Of a DNA stretch of 64,000 nt, positions 8,986-18,217 are shown piece by piece. Numbering within the stretch: position 1 is the stretch's first letter; each line of letters begins with the position of its first letter. The stretch spans positions 544,001 to 608,000 of the forward strand of contig CAVXPZ010000004.1 in assembly GCA_963763775.1 (NCBI GenBank), in the 5' to 3' direction. The position numbers and the translations under genes were made by a program. Below the pieces are notes generated by a model that saw only the letters and a program-made list of their open reading frames with translations, was not told where the DNA came from and ran no database searches. This DNA is from an uncultured Chloroflexia bacterium. GTDB lineage: Bacteria; Chloroflexota; Limnocylindria; Limnocylindrales; CSP1-4.

Positions 8986-9873
8986 CTACGGGCGGAGGGC
9001 GACGAGCCGCGTGACAGCGAACTCGAGCCGGCAACCCTGACTGGCGATCGGCTTGCCGTCCATCTCGGTCCGCGTACACGCCGCCGCGGCCGGATGATCA
9101 AAGACCCCCGTGACTTCGACGATCCCCCCGACGGGAAGTACGTCAGGGTGTTGACCCGCCGGGTCCAGATTGAGACCGAACCAATCGGCCATGTCAGGCG
9201 GTACGCGAGTCACACCCGGTTCGACGAGCAGGTCAGGGTTGTTGTTCAGGTGGAACCACTCCGGCGTGTACCAGGCTCCGTCGATGTCGCAAGCGCACCA
9301 GATCAGGCGGGCCTGGACCGTGATCGGCACCCGCTGAAAACACGCCAACCCGACGCCGTCCGGCAGGGCCAACAGGGAACGGAAGTCCGTTGGGAGTGGT
9401 GGACAGTCGAAGGCACCCGCCGCCACCCACGGCTCGCCGTCGCGGCTGGCGCCCGCGACCCAGCCGCTCGGCAAGGCTCGCGAACTGAGCTGGGCGACGT
9501 CATACCAGTCGTAACCGGAGGCCGACACCGGACCGTCGAGCACGTACAGCGCGGTCCCGCGTGGCAGGAGGGGTTCGTACTTATACGAGTCCTCGCTGAT
9601 CCGGGGCATCGAGCGGACTCGAAGATCGTCGACGACCGTCACCGCCACCGCGTCCACGGTGACGTCGCTCGCCACCTGGGTCGGCGGCGGGCTCACGGGC
9701 ACCGAAGGAGCTGGCGTGGGAGGTCGCCCCGTCGCCGGCGAGGGATCGCTGGCGAACGTCGGTTCCTGGGACGACGGCGCCGAAGTCGTCGGTGCCAGTG
9801 AGACGACCGAGCTGCTGCAGCCCGCCATCACGAGGACGAAGCTCAGTAGTGCGCTGATGGGGCGGTGATTCAT
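8986..9873 (-). CDS. Secreted lipoprotein, hypothetical (Pro/Ser linker, SH3-like segment, Cys-containing C-domain)
   Basis: Lipobox MAGC; LRVRS.P....LPRG..LYVL.GPV...GYDWY.V. Confidence 0.8.
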   Translation of the reverse strand: MNHRPISALLSFVLVMAGCSSSVVSLAPTTSAPSSQEPTFASDPSPATGRPPTPAPSVPVSPPPTQVASDVTVDAVAVTVVDDLRVRSMPRISEDSYKYEPLLPRGTALYVLDGPVSASGYDWYDVAQLSSRALPSGWVAGASRDGEPWVAAGAFDCPPLPTDFRSLLALPDGVGLACFQRVPITVQARLIWCACDIDGAWYTPEWFHLNNNPDLLVEPGVTRVPPDMADWFGLNLDPAGQHPDVLPVGGIVEVTGVFDHPAAAACTRTEMDGKPIASQGCRLEFAVTRLVALRP

Positions 9874-9922
9874 GCCTCGCATCGTGTCGTCCTGGTCGAG
9901 CCGAGGGGCCTACGTGCACGTG

Positions 9923-9948
9923 AGACGTGACAGGCGGATCGATGTTAC
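9923..9948 (-). promoter_or_regulatory. ECF-type promoter GTAAC-N16-CGTCT
   Basis: AAC/CGT cores 16 nt apart, about 50 nt upstream of the lipoprotein start. Confidence 0.5.
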
Positions 9949-10032
9949 GGCCGGCACCGCGACACCAGCGTTGGCAGGTTCGTTCCACCAGGGATCGCGA
10001 GATCGAGACGCGGCGCCAGCCTCGCGGCATAA

Positions 10033-10073
10033 GTCGCAGATAAGCGCTCACGGGTAGGGTTCGGATCGACGTC
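10033..10073 (+). repeat. Direct repeat copy 2, probable comEA promoter (-10 TAGGGT)
   Basis: GTCGCAGatAAGCGctcacgGGTAGGGTTCGGATCGACGTC; 33/41 identical to copy 1. Confidence 0.85.
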
Positions 10074-10164
10074 TCGCCGCGTCGGTAGTGCCCCCAACGT
10101 GGCGAGACGTCGCGTCGTCCCGAAGACGATCGGCGTCGCCCTCTAACCGCCGGGAAGGACGACC

Positions 10165-10903
10165 GTGGACCCGAACCCGATGCCGTGGCGGGCGATCGAG
10201 GCGACGAGCGCGGGCGCCGATGCCGCACCGGTCGAGGGATCGCCCCGGCGCCCGAGCCGGCTGGCGATCGCGGCCACAGGCTTGGCCGGCGTCATCGTCG
10301 CCGCGACGTTCCTCGTGGCTTGGGGGTCGGGCGGGAGCGGCGCGGTCGAGGTCGAAGGTGGCGGGGCCATCGCCGACGCGTCGACCGTTGACCCGGGCCG
10401 GAGTCCGGTCGTGTCGAGCGCCGGCGTCAACGCGGACGCGCCGGCGGAGCTCGTCATCGAGATCGTCGGCGCGGTGACGCGGCCCGGCGTCTACCACCTG
10501 CCCGCCGGGTCGCGGGTCGGCGACCTCGTGGACGCCGCCGGAGGCTACGGGCCGCGGGTGGACGCGGAACGCACGTCGCATGACCTGAACCTCGCCGCGC
10601 GCCTCTCGGACGGCGACCAGGTCCGCGTGCCGTCCCGCGACGACCCGCCGCCGGGAGATCCGACATCCGGGACCCAGCCGCCGAGCGGCACGACGGATGC
10701 CGGCAGCCGCGACGATCGTCGACCTCAACCACGCGACGAGCGCTGCGCTCGAGGCGCTGCCCGGGATCGGGCCGGCGACAGCGGCCAAGATCATCGCGGC
10801 CCGCGAGACGACGCCGTTCGCGACGGTCGATGACCTGCGCACACGGAAGCTCGTCGGGGCCAAGACGTTCGACGGTCTCCGGGAGCTCGTCACGGTCCGC
10901 TGA
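10165..10903 (+). CDS. comEA: ComEA DNA uptake protein (TM, SLBB, HhH); frameshift near 10700
   Basis: [29 protein letters not shown] in one frame; [23 protein letters not shown] in the next. Confidence 0.9.
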
Positions 10904-10904
10904 G

Positions 10905-13487
10905 GTGCCCCGGAGCGGCTGGCTGGCAGCCGGGGCGATCGCCGCCGCGTGGACGATCGCCGCGCTCGGGTTCGGCGCCGGCGTCGTCGCGGCCATCGTG
11001 CCCGGTGCCGTCGCGTTCGGGCTGTGGGCGATCGGACGACGGCCCGCCGCACGACGAGCCGCGGTCGTCGTTGCGTTCGGCGCGGGCCTCGTCCTCGTCC
11101 GGGCCTGGGCCTGGCCGACCACGGTCCCGCCGGGCACCCTTCCGGACGGCGACGGGCCGTGGCGGTTCGTGGTGGAGGCCGTCGGGTCTCCCCGGGACGG
11201 CAAGGCGACGGCCACCTTGCGGCTCGTGGACGGCGACTCCACGGCGAACGGGATCCGCGTCGCGGCGACGCTGCCCCTGTTCCCGGAGTTCGGACCGGGC
11301 GATCTCGTGGCCGCTGGCGGACGCATCCAGGGGCGACCCGACTCCCCGTTCGGGCAGTATCTCGAGCGTATCGGTGCCGCGGGAACGTTCACGGCTCGCA
11401 CGATGACCGTCGACCCGGCGCCACCGAGCCCGGCCACGGCGGTGGAGCACCTTCGTCAGGGCGCGGCGGCTGCCCTGGCCGCTGTGCTCCCCGAGCCCGA
11501 AGCCGGCCTTGCCGCCGGCATCCTCATCGGTCTGCGCGACCGGGTCGACCGCGATCTCGCCGCCGCGTTCACCACGGCCGGCGTCAGTCATGTCGTCGCG
11601 ATCTCGGGCTGGAACATCGCGATCGTGGCCGCCGCGATGGCCGCCGCCTTCGGTCGGCTGCGTCGTCGTCGTCGCTCGATCGCCACGATGGCCGCGATCG
11701 TCGCCTACGTGGCGTTCGCCGGTGCCTCCCCGTCGGTCGTCCGAGCCGGTGCCATGGCCGGAGTCGTCCTGCTGGCGCGCGAGTCTGGTCGCGCTGGCCG
11801 TGCGGCGGCAGCGCTCGGGTGGGCGGCCGCACTGTTGCTCCTCGCCGATCCCGGGCTGGTCCAGGACGCCGGTTTCCAGCTCTCGTCGCTCGCCACGGCC
11901 GGCCTGATCGCGTGGGCGACGCCGATCACCGCGTGGATCGAGCGGCTCGGTCGCGGTCATGCGCCTGGCTGGCTGGCCGAGAGCCTCGGAGTCTCGCTGG
12001 CGGCCCAGGCGGCGACCCTGCCGGTGATCCTCGTCTCGTTCGGACGGCTCGCGATCCTCTCGCCGGTCGTGAACCTGGCCGTCGTGCCTCTCGTGGCGCC
12101 GGCCATGGCCGCCGGACTCGTGGCGATGGCCGGTGGCGCGCTCGTGCTGGCGGGTGCCCCGAGTGCCGTCGGATCGATCCTGGCGGTCCCAGGCTGGGTC
12201 GCGCTCCGGATCATGGTCACGCTGGTCGAGGCCGCCGCCGCGGTGCCGTTCGCGAGTGTCACGCTCCCCGCACCCGCAGCGACGCTCGCGGCCGCCGCGA
12301 GCGCGGTGACGGTGGGCGCCTTCGAGGTCCGCCGGCGCAGCGTCGACAAGACTCGAACCTCGACGCCCGCTGTACCCGCCGCGCCGCCGGCGATGCCGCC
12401 GGCTTCGCCCAGGGCTCCTCGGACCGGGCGGCGAACATCGCGCCGCGCTCGATCCACGACCTGGTCGGTGTCGCTCCTGATCGTGACGATCGCCGCCGCC
12501 GGCGCCGTCACCGCCAGTCGGTCGCCAGGTGTGGCTCGCGTGACCGTCCTCGATGTCGGACAAGGCGATGCGATCCTTGTCGAGGGCGATCGCGGCGGCC
12601 GGCTCCTGATCGACGGCGGCCCCGACCCGGGGCGGCTCATGGTGGTGCTCGACGGCCGGATCCCACCCTGGGACCGTCGCATCGACGCGGTGATCCTGAG
12701 CCATCCGCATGAGGACCACGTCGCCGGCCTGGCGCGTCTCCTGGCCCGCTACCGCGTGGGGCGTGTGTTCGAGCCGGGCATGCGCGGTCCCGGTCCCGGC
12801 TACGGCGAGTGGCAACGGCGGCTCACGACCGCCGGCGCCCCAGCGCGCCTGGGCCTCGCCGCCGGTGACCGCCTGCGCGTCGACGACATCGACCTGCGCG
12901 TGCTCTGGCCGATCCGCGGCCGCGTCCCGACGGAGCCGCCCGACGGCGGCACCGGGATCAACAACGTCTCGATCGTGCTGTTGGGGACCGTCGGGTCGTT
13001 CCGGTTCCTGCTCGCCGGGGACGTCGAGGAGGCCATCGACCCATCGCTCCTGGCCGACCACCTTCCACGCCTGGACCTCCTCAAGGTCGCCCACCACGGC
13101 AGTCGGACCGCGACGACCCAGGCGTTCGTCGACGCGGTGCGGCCGCGCGTCGCGATCGCGTCCGCCGGGACCGGCAACCCGTACGGCCATCCGGCTCGGG
13201 CGACGCTCGACCGGCTCGCCGCGGCCGGCGCCCGGGTCTTCCGGACGGACCTGGACGGCAGCGTCGCGGTGACCTTCACGAGCGGCGGCCTGGAGGTGGT
13301 CGCATCCGGCGGCCGTCCCGCGGCGTCGCTCCTGAAGCCAGCGGCCGTCGCGCTCGCGGCGGCCTTCCGATGCTCGATCCCGAGCGCGGCGCTCGTCCCG
13401 GAACGCGAGCCGCCACCGACGCCCGTCGCGCCGCTGGCCGTCCGACGGGGCGAGACATCGATCGGTCGGCTACCATCGAAGCGATGA
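10905..13487 (+). CDS. comEC: ComEC/Rec2 competence channel with metallo-beta-lactamase domain
   Basis: HVVAISGWN, SPSVVRA, GFQLS, LDVGQGDA, SHPHEDH, KVAHHGS, NPYGHP. Confidence 0.95.
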   Translation: MPRSGWLAAGAIAAAWTIAALGFGAGVVAAIVPGAVAFGLWAIGRRPAARRAAVVVAFGAGLVLVRAWAWPTTVPPGTLPDGDGPWRFVVEAVGSPRDGKATATLRLVDGDSTANGIRVAATLPLFPEFGPGDLVAAGGRIQGRPDSPFGQYLERIGAAGTFTARTMTVDPAPPSPATAVEHLRQGAAAALAAVLPEPEAGLAAGILIGLRDRVDRDLAAAFTTAGVSHVVAISGWNIAIVAAAMAAAFGRLRRRRRSIATMAAIVAYVAFAGASPSVVRAGAMAGVVLLARESGRAGRAAAALGWAAALLLLADPGLVQDAGFQLSSLATAGLIAWATPITAWIERLGRGHAPGWLAESLGVSLAAQAATLPVILVSFGRLAILSPVVNLAVVPLVAPAMAAGLVAMAGGALVLAGAPSAVGSILAVPGWVALRIMVTLVEAAAAVPFASVTLPAPAATLAAAASAVTVGAFEVRRRSVDKTRTSTPAVPAAPPAMPPASPRAPRTGRRTSRRARSTTWSVSLLIVTIAAAGAVTASRSPGVARVTVLDVGQGDAILVEGDRGGRLLIDGGPDPGRLMVVLDGRIPPWDRRIDAVILSHPHEDHVAGLARLLARYRVGRVFEPGMRGPGPGYGEWQRRLTTAGAPARLGLAAGDRLRVDDIDLRVLWPIRGRVPTEPPDGGTGINNVSIVLLGTVGSFRFLLAGDVEEAIDPSLLADHLPRLDLLKVAHHGSRTATTQAFVDAVRPRVAIASAGTGNPYGHPARATLDRLAAAGARVFRTDLDGSVAVTFTSGGLEVVASGGRPAASLLKPAAVALAAAFRCSIPSAALVPEREPPPTPVAPLAVRRGETSIGRLPSKR

Positions 13488-14131
13488 CGGTCCCGACGCG
13501 GGTCGACGCGGCCTCCCTCCTGCTCTCCCTCGATCCCCCGGCCTGGCACGTGCGGCATTCGCGCGCCGTCGCGGAGGTCGCGGCCTTCCTCGCGGCACGG
13601 ATCGCGGCGAGCGGCGTGGCCGTGGATCGCCAGCTCGTCGAGACCGCCGCCCTGCTCCACGATGTCGACAAGGTCATCCCCGCGGACGACCCGGCTCGCG
13701 GGCTCCCCCACGGCGAGGGCTCGGCCGCATGGCTGACCCGTCAGGGCCATCCCGAGCTGGCTCGAGCCGTCGCCAACCACCCCGTCACCCGGTTACTGGA
13801 CGGCGACCACTACCGACGATGGGCGGCGTTCGCCAGCCGCGAGGAGCGGATCGTGGCCTACGCCGACAAACGAGCGGGACAGCGACTCGAGTCGCTGGCC
13901 GCGCGGTTCGTCTCCTGGCGTCGCCGCTACCCGCCGGTCGACACCGGCGACGACCGTCGCGTGGCGGGGCTCAGCGAGGCCGACCTGCGGACCGTCCGGT
14001 CGCGCGCCGAGCGGCTCGAGGCCGACGTCTGCCGCGCCGCGGGGATCACGCCGGCCGACGTGCGCCGCCTCGACTGGACGTCCGCGGCGTTCCGTGCCGC
14101 GCGAGCGCGAGCCCGTGGGGCCGCCGCATGA
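13484..14131 (+). CDS. HD domain phosphohydrolase
   Basis: HSRAV...AALLHDVDK...H...H...YADKR; ATGA overlap with comEC. Confidence 0.88.
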   Translation: MTVPTRVDAASLLLSLDPPAWHVRHSRAVAEVAAFLAARIAASGVAVDRQLVETAALLHDVDKVIPADDPARGLPHGEGSAAWLTRQGHPELARAVANHPVTRLLDGDHYRRWAAFASREERIVAYADKRAGQRLESLAARFVSWRRRYPPVDTGDDRRVAGLSEADLRTVRSRAERLEADVCRAAGITPADVRRLDWTSAAFRAARARARGAAA

Positions 14132-15186
14132 CGACCTCCCCGCTCGCCTACGTCTGGGGCGACGACGACTTCGCGATGGGCCGCCACATCGACCGGCTGG
14201 CCGCGGCCCTCGCCGAAGAAGGCGGGTCGCCTCTCGAGCGCTGGGACCTGCGCGGTCAGCGCAACGGCGTCGACGCGCTGCTGGGCCAGCTCCAGGAGCG
14301 GACCGCGACGCCGGTGATGTTCGGCGGGGGCACCCTTGCCGTGGTGTCGAACGTCGGCGCACTCATGCAGAGCAACGACGGCCGCGACGCGGTCCTCGGC
14401 GCGATCGCGACGCTGGCACCCGGCAACGCCCTCGTCTTCCTCGACGTGACCAAGTCCGGCATGCGCGGGCCGAGCAAGGTCGTGGTCTCCAAGGCCGTCG
14501 CGGAAGCCGGCGGGGTCGTCCGCGAGATGCCCTCGCCCAAGGCCGACACCCTCGCCGGCTGGATCGCGCGTGAGGCCCAGGACCGCGGCATCGCGTTGGC
14601 ACCGGGCGCCGCCAAGGAGTTGGCGACGCGGCTCGGGGGGTTCGTCCAGCAGAACGACGTCGAGCGGCCGTTCCTCACGCGGACCGCGTCGTCGGAACTG
14701 GACAAGCTCGCCCTCTACCGGGGGTCGGCGACCGTGACCGTCGAGGACGTCCAGGCCCTGGTCGCCGAGGCGATGCCGGGCACGGTCTGGGGGTTCGTGG
14801 ACGCGGTGGGCGAGCGCAAGGTGGCGGCCGCCGCGTCGCTCCTCGACGACCTCATCGAGACGACCCCGGAGCCCGTGCTCCTGGTGATGCTCCACCGGCG
14901 CGTCCGGCAACTGATCGAGATCATCGATCGCATGGCGGCCCGCGAGTCGCTGCCGGCGATCGCCAAGGCGCTCGGCATGAAGTCGGACTACCAGGTCCGG
15001 ACGTACGCGGCGCAGGCTCGCAACTGGACGGTCGACGAGCTCGCCGACGCGCTGCACGGCCTCCTCGAACTCGATGCGATGGTCAAGCACGCGCCGGGCT
15101 GGGACGCCGACGAGTATCAGCGCCGGTTGGCGTTCACGCTGTGGGTGATGGACCACGTGCCGCGTCGCGAGCGGCGATCGGCCTGA
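14128..15186 (+). CDS. holA: DNA polymerase III delta subunit
   Basis: YVWGDD, MFGG, ELDKLALY, VWGFVDAVG; conserved position after comEC. Confidence 0.88.
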   Translation: MTTSPLAYVWGDDDFAMGRHIDRLAAALAEEGGSPLERWDLRGQRNGVDALLGQLQERTATPVMFGGGTLAVVSNVGALMQSNDGRDAVLGAIATLAPGNALVFLDVTKSGMRGPSKVVVSKAVAEAGGVVREMPSPKADTLAGWIAREAQDRGIALAPGAAKELATRLGGFVQQNDVERPFLTRTASSELDKLALYRGSATVTVEDVQALVAEAMPGTVWGFVDAVGERKVAAAASLLDDLIETTPEPVLLVMLHRRVRQLIEIIDRMAARESLPAIAKALGMKSDYQVRTYAAQARNWTVDELADALHGLLELDAMVKHAPGWDADEYQRRLAFTLWVMDHVPRRERRSA

Positions 15187-15205
15187 CAGGGCCGGGACCG
15201 ACGGA

Positions 15206-15460
15206 TCAGTCGGCCGCGGACCAGGCCTGTTCCTGGACGACGAGGTCGCTCTCGATCGCGAAGACGCAGCGGCCTTCGCCCAGATCGAGCAGCTCGATCA
15301 AGTCCGGATCGATGTAGAGCTGCGAGCAGTCCTCGCACAGGCCGCCGGGGATGCCGAAGCACAGGCGCTCGCTCCGGTCGGGCAACCGGAACGTCGTGTC
15401 GAACCGGGTCGTGATGAGCCGGCGACCACAGGCGGGGCAACGATCTCGCAAAGGCGACAT
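15206..15460 (-). CDS. Small zinc-ribbon protein (YgiT/MqsA-type finger-like)
   Basis: CPACG...IPGGLCEDC..YID; -10 TAGCAT 6 nt before ATG. Confidence 0.75.
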   Translation of the reverse strand: MSPLRDRCPACGRRLITTRFDTTFRLPDRSERLCFGIPGGLCEDCSQLYIDPDLIELLDLGEGRCVFAIESDLVVQEQAWSAAD

Positions 15461-15539
15461 GCGCCGATGCTAGGTACGCCTCACGAGGGACGGCATGACC
15501 CGACGGTACCGGGTGCCGGGTGGTACCCGGCATGGCGTG

Positions 15540-16178
15540 CTACTGGACGCGGAGGACGGTTCGTGCCTCGGACCAGTGCTTCTCGAGCCCGTAGTAGTCG
15601 CGCTCGGGTGGCGTGAAGATGTGGACGACGACCGACCCGAAGTCGACGAGCACCCAGTGCGAGGCCGGCGTGCCTTCTCGCCCGATCGGCTTGGTCTTCT
15701 CGTCGCGCAGCGGTCCGACGATCCCATCCGCGATGGCATCGAGCTGCCGCTCCGACCCACCCGAGCAGATGACGAAATAGTCGGCGAGGGTCGTGAGGGC
15801 CGTCAGGTCGAGCAGGACGATGTCGGCGGCCTTCTTGTCCTCGGCGAGGTCGACGATGCGGCGAGCCAGCTCGAGCGGCGGCCACTCGGAGCGCGGCGCG
15901 GGAGTCTCGCGGCGCGGCAGACCGTCGGCGCTGGGCACGGGCGCCGGGGCGACGGCCCGGACCTTCGCCTTCGCTGGGGCCTTCGCGGGCACCGCGGTCT
16001 TGGCCTTCGGCGACTTGGCCTTGGGCGCGGCGGCGGCCTTCGGCTTGGCGGTGGCTGTGCTCGCGGCGGCGGTCCGCTTCGCAGGCGTCGCCGGCGTCGT
16101 CGCCGGCGCCTCGACAGCGGGCGACGCGCCGGCCGGAGCCTTGCGGGTCCGCTTCGTCGATGGCGCGGGTTCGGTCAC
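15540..16178 (-). CDS. rsfS: Ribosome silencing factor with Lys/Ala/Pro-rich N-terminal extension
   Basis: DKKAADIVLLDL, ADYFVICSG.SERQ, WVLVDFGSVVVHIF, YYGLEKHW. Confidence 0.95.
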   Translation of the reverse strand: MTEPAPSTKRTRKAPAGASPAVEAPATTPATPAKRTAAASTATAKPKAAAAPKAKSPKAKTAVPAKAPAKAKVRAVAPAPVPSADGLPRRETPAPRSEWPPLELARRIVDLAEDKKAADIVLLDLTALTTLADYFVICSGGSERQLDAIADGIVGPLRDEKTKPIGREGTPASHWVLVDFGSVVVHIFTPPERDYYGLEKHWSEARTVLRVQ

Positions 16179-16867
16179 GATCGGTCATCCCTCCTGGTGG
16201 ATCGATAGAGGCCATGGTCGCCGATATAGGCGGCGACCGCATCCGGCACGAGATATCGCAGCGACCGACCGCCCGCGGCGCGGGCCCGCAGGTCGGACGC
16301 GGACATGCGGAGCCGCGGGCCGTCGAGGAACACCACGTGCGCCTGGATCCCCGGGAACCGCTGCTCGAGGAAGTCCGGTCCCGCGTCCGGGAAGCCGTCG
16401 CGCGGCGCCACGACGAACCGCGCCAGGCCGAGGACGCGCTGCGGCTGGTGCCACGTCGGCAGCTCGACGAACGCCTCCGCGGACAGGATGAGGGTCAAGT
16501 CGGCGTTCGTGGCCGCGAGGGCCTCCAGCGTATCGACCGTGTACGACGGCCCGGCGCGGTCGAGCTCGATCCGGCTCGTGGCGAAGGCCGGGTTGCCGGC
16601 GATCGCGAGCTCGACCATCGCGAGCCGGTGGTCCCTGGCCGTGATGGGTCGCCCGGGCTTGTGGGGCGGCTCCCCCGCCGGGATGAACAGCACGCGCTCG
16701 AGGCCGAGTGCGTCGCGTGCCGCCTCGGCGACCGCGAGGTGGGCGAGATGGATCGGATCGAACGTGCCACCGAAGACGCCGATGCTCCCGGCCACGACCG
16801 GCGCCGGTCCGGCGGCCTCGGCCGCGGCACGACTCGGCACGGGGCCGCCGCCCGGACCCGTCGTCAT
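16175..16867 (-). CDS. nadD: Nicotinate-nucleotide adenylyltransferase
   Basis: GVFGGTFDPIHLAH, PPHK, SYTVDT, MSAS.LR. Confidence 0.95.
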   Translation of the reverse strand: MTTGPGGGPVPSRAAAEAAGPAPVVAGSIGVFGGTFDPIHLAHLAVAEAARDALGLERVLFIPAGEPPHKPGRPITARDHRLAMVELAIAGNPAFATSRIELDRAGPSYTVDTLEALAATNADLTLILSAEAFVELPTWHQPQRVLGLARFVVAPRDGFPDAGPDFLEQRFPGIQAHVVFLDGPRLRMSASDLRARAAGGRSLRYLVPDAVAAYIGDHGLYRSTRRDDRS

Positions 16868-18168
16868 CGGCCCTCCCAGAGCTCGGGCTCCCACTCCAGT
16901 TCCTGGCCGCCGATGCGCACGAGGTCGCCCGGCACGATCCCCGCGCGCCGCAGTTCGGCGTCGATGCCCAGCCGCGCGAGGTCGCGCTGGAACCGCTCGG
17001 CCGACTCCTCGACGTCGAAGTTGGTCTGGGCGGCGATCCGTTCGATCCGGGTGCCGCGGACGCGGAAGATGCCGTCCTCCACGGCCTCGACGACGAAGCC
17101 GTCGCCCATGGCCTCGATGCGGTGGATGACGACGCCGGTCGGCTCGGGCAGCTCGGCGAGCTCCTCGGCATCGGGGAGGAGCTCGGCGAGGGCGGCTCGC
17201 AGGGCGTCGAGCCCGTCGCCATCAGCGGCAGACACCGCGATGACCTGGAGGCCATCCTTCTCCCGGGCGGCCCGGAACGCCGGCCAGGCGTCGCGCGCCG
17301 CCGGCAGGTCCATCTTGTTGAAGACGGTCAGCATCGGCTTGTCGAGGAGCGCGGGGTCGTGCGCCCGCAGCTCCTCGCGGATGACGTCGTGGTCCCACTC
17401 GGGATCCCGCGACGCGCCATCGATGATGTGGACCAGGATCCGCGTCCGCTCGACGTGCCGCAGGAAGGCATGGCCGAGACCCGCCCCGGAGCTCGCGCCC
17501 TCGATGAGGCCCGGGACATCCGCGATCGTGGGTCGGCGCTCGTCCTCGTCGCCGAGCTCCATGACGCCGAGGTTCGGCTCGAGCGTCGTGAACGGGTAGT
17601 CGGCGATCTTCGGCTGGGCGGCGGTCAACGCCGCGAGCAGCGTGGACTTGCCGGCGTTCGGCAACCCGACCAGCCCGATGTCCGCGATCAGCCGGAGCTC
17701 CAGGCGGAACTGCGCGTCGGCGCCGGGCTCGCCTTTCTGGGCGTGCTTGGGCGCCTGGTGCGTCGAGGTCTTGAAGTGCGTGTTCCCGAGACCGCCGCGG
17801 CCCCCGCGTGCGACCATCGCCCGCTGCCCGACCGCGACGAGGTCCGCGACGAGTTCGCCGCTCGTGTCGTCGTAGACCGCCGTCCCCGGCGGCACCGTCA
17901 GGACGAGATCGTCGCCGGCCTTCCCGTGACGGCGCGAGCCCTCGCCGCGTCCGCCCGAGGTCGCCTTGAAGTGCCGCTTGACGACGAAGTCGCGCAGGGT
18001 CGTCTGACCGGCGTCCACCGCGAGGTAGATCGAGCCGCCGCGACCGCCGTCACCGCCGTCCGGGCCGCCGCGCGGGACGTGCGCTTCCCGCCGGAAGGTC
18101 GCGGCTCCGTCGCCGCCGTCGCCGGCGCGGACCCAGATCTTCACGCGGTCGAGGAACATCGTGGCCAT
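16864..18168 (-). CDS. obgE: GTPase ObgE/CgtA
   Basis: GGPDGGDGG, GLPNAGKST, DYPFTTL, DVPG, NKMD and C-terminal OCT domain. Confidence 0.98.
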   Translation of the reverse strand: MATMFLDRVKIWVRAGDGGDGAATFRREAHVPRGGPDGGDGGRGGSIYLAVDAGQTTLRDFVVKRHFKATSGGRGEGSRRHGKAGDDLVLTVPPGTAVYDDTSGELVADLVAVGQRAMVARGGRGGLGNTHFKTSTHQAPKHAQKGEPGADAQFRLELRLIADIGLVGLPNAGKSTLLAALTAAQPKIADYPFTTLEPNLGVMELGDEDERRPTIADVPGLIEGASSGAGLGHAFLRHVERTRILVHIIDGASRDPEWDHDVIREELRAHDPALLDKPMLTVFNKMDLPAARDAWPAFRAAREKDGLQVIAVSAADGDGLDALRAALAELLPDAEELAELPEPTGVVIHRIEAMGDGFVVEAVEDGIFRVRGTRIERIAAQTNFDVEESAERFQRDLARLGIDAELRRAGIVPGDLVRIGGQELEWEPELWEGR

Positions 18169-18217
18169 CCTCGCACGGTCCGCCGGGTCGTGCCCGGCGG
18201 CCGCCGATCGGTGTGGA

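Noticed and set aside
8925-10073. IS element or integron cassette call for the repeat-flanked gene
   Set aside because: No transposase, terminal inverted repeats or attC-like structure seen; reported only as a duplication
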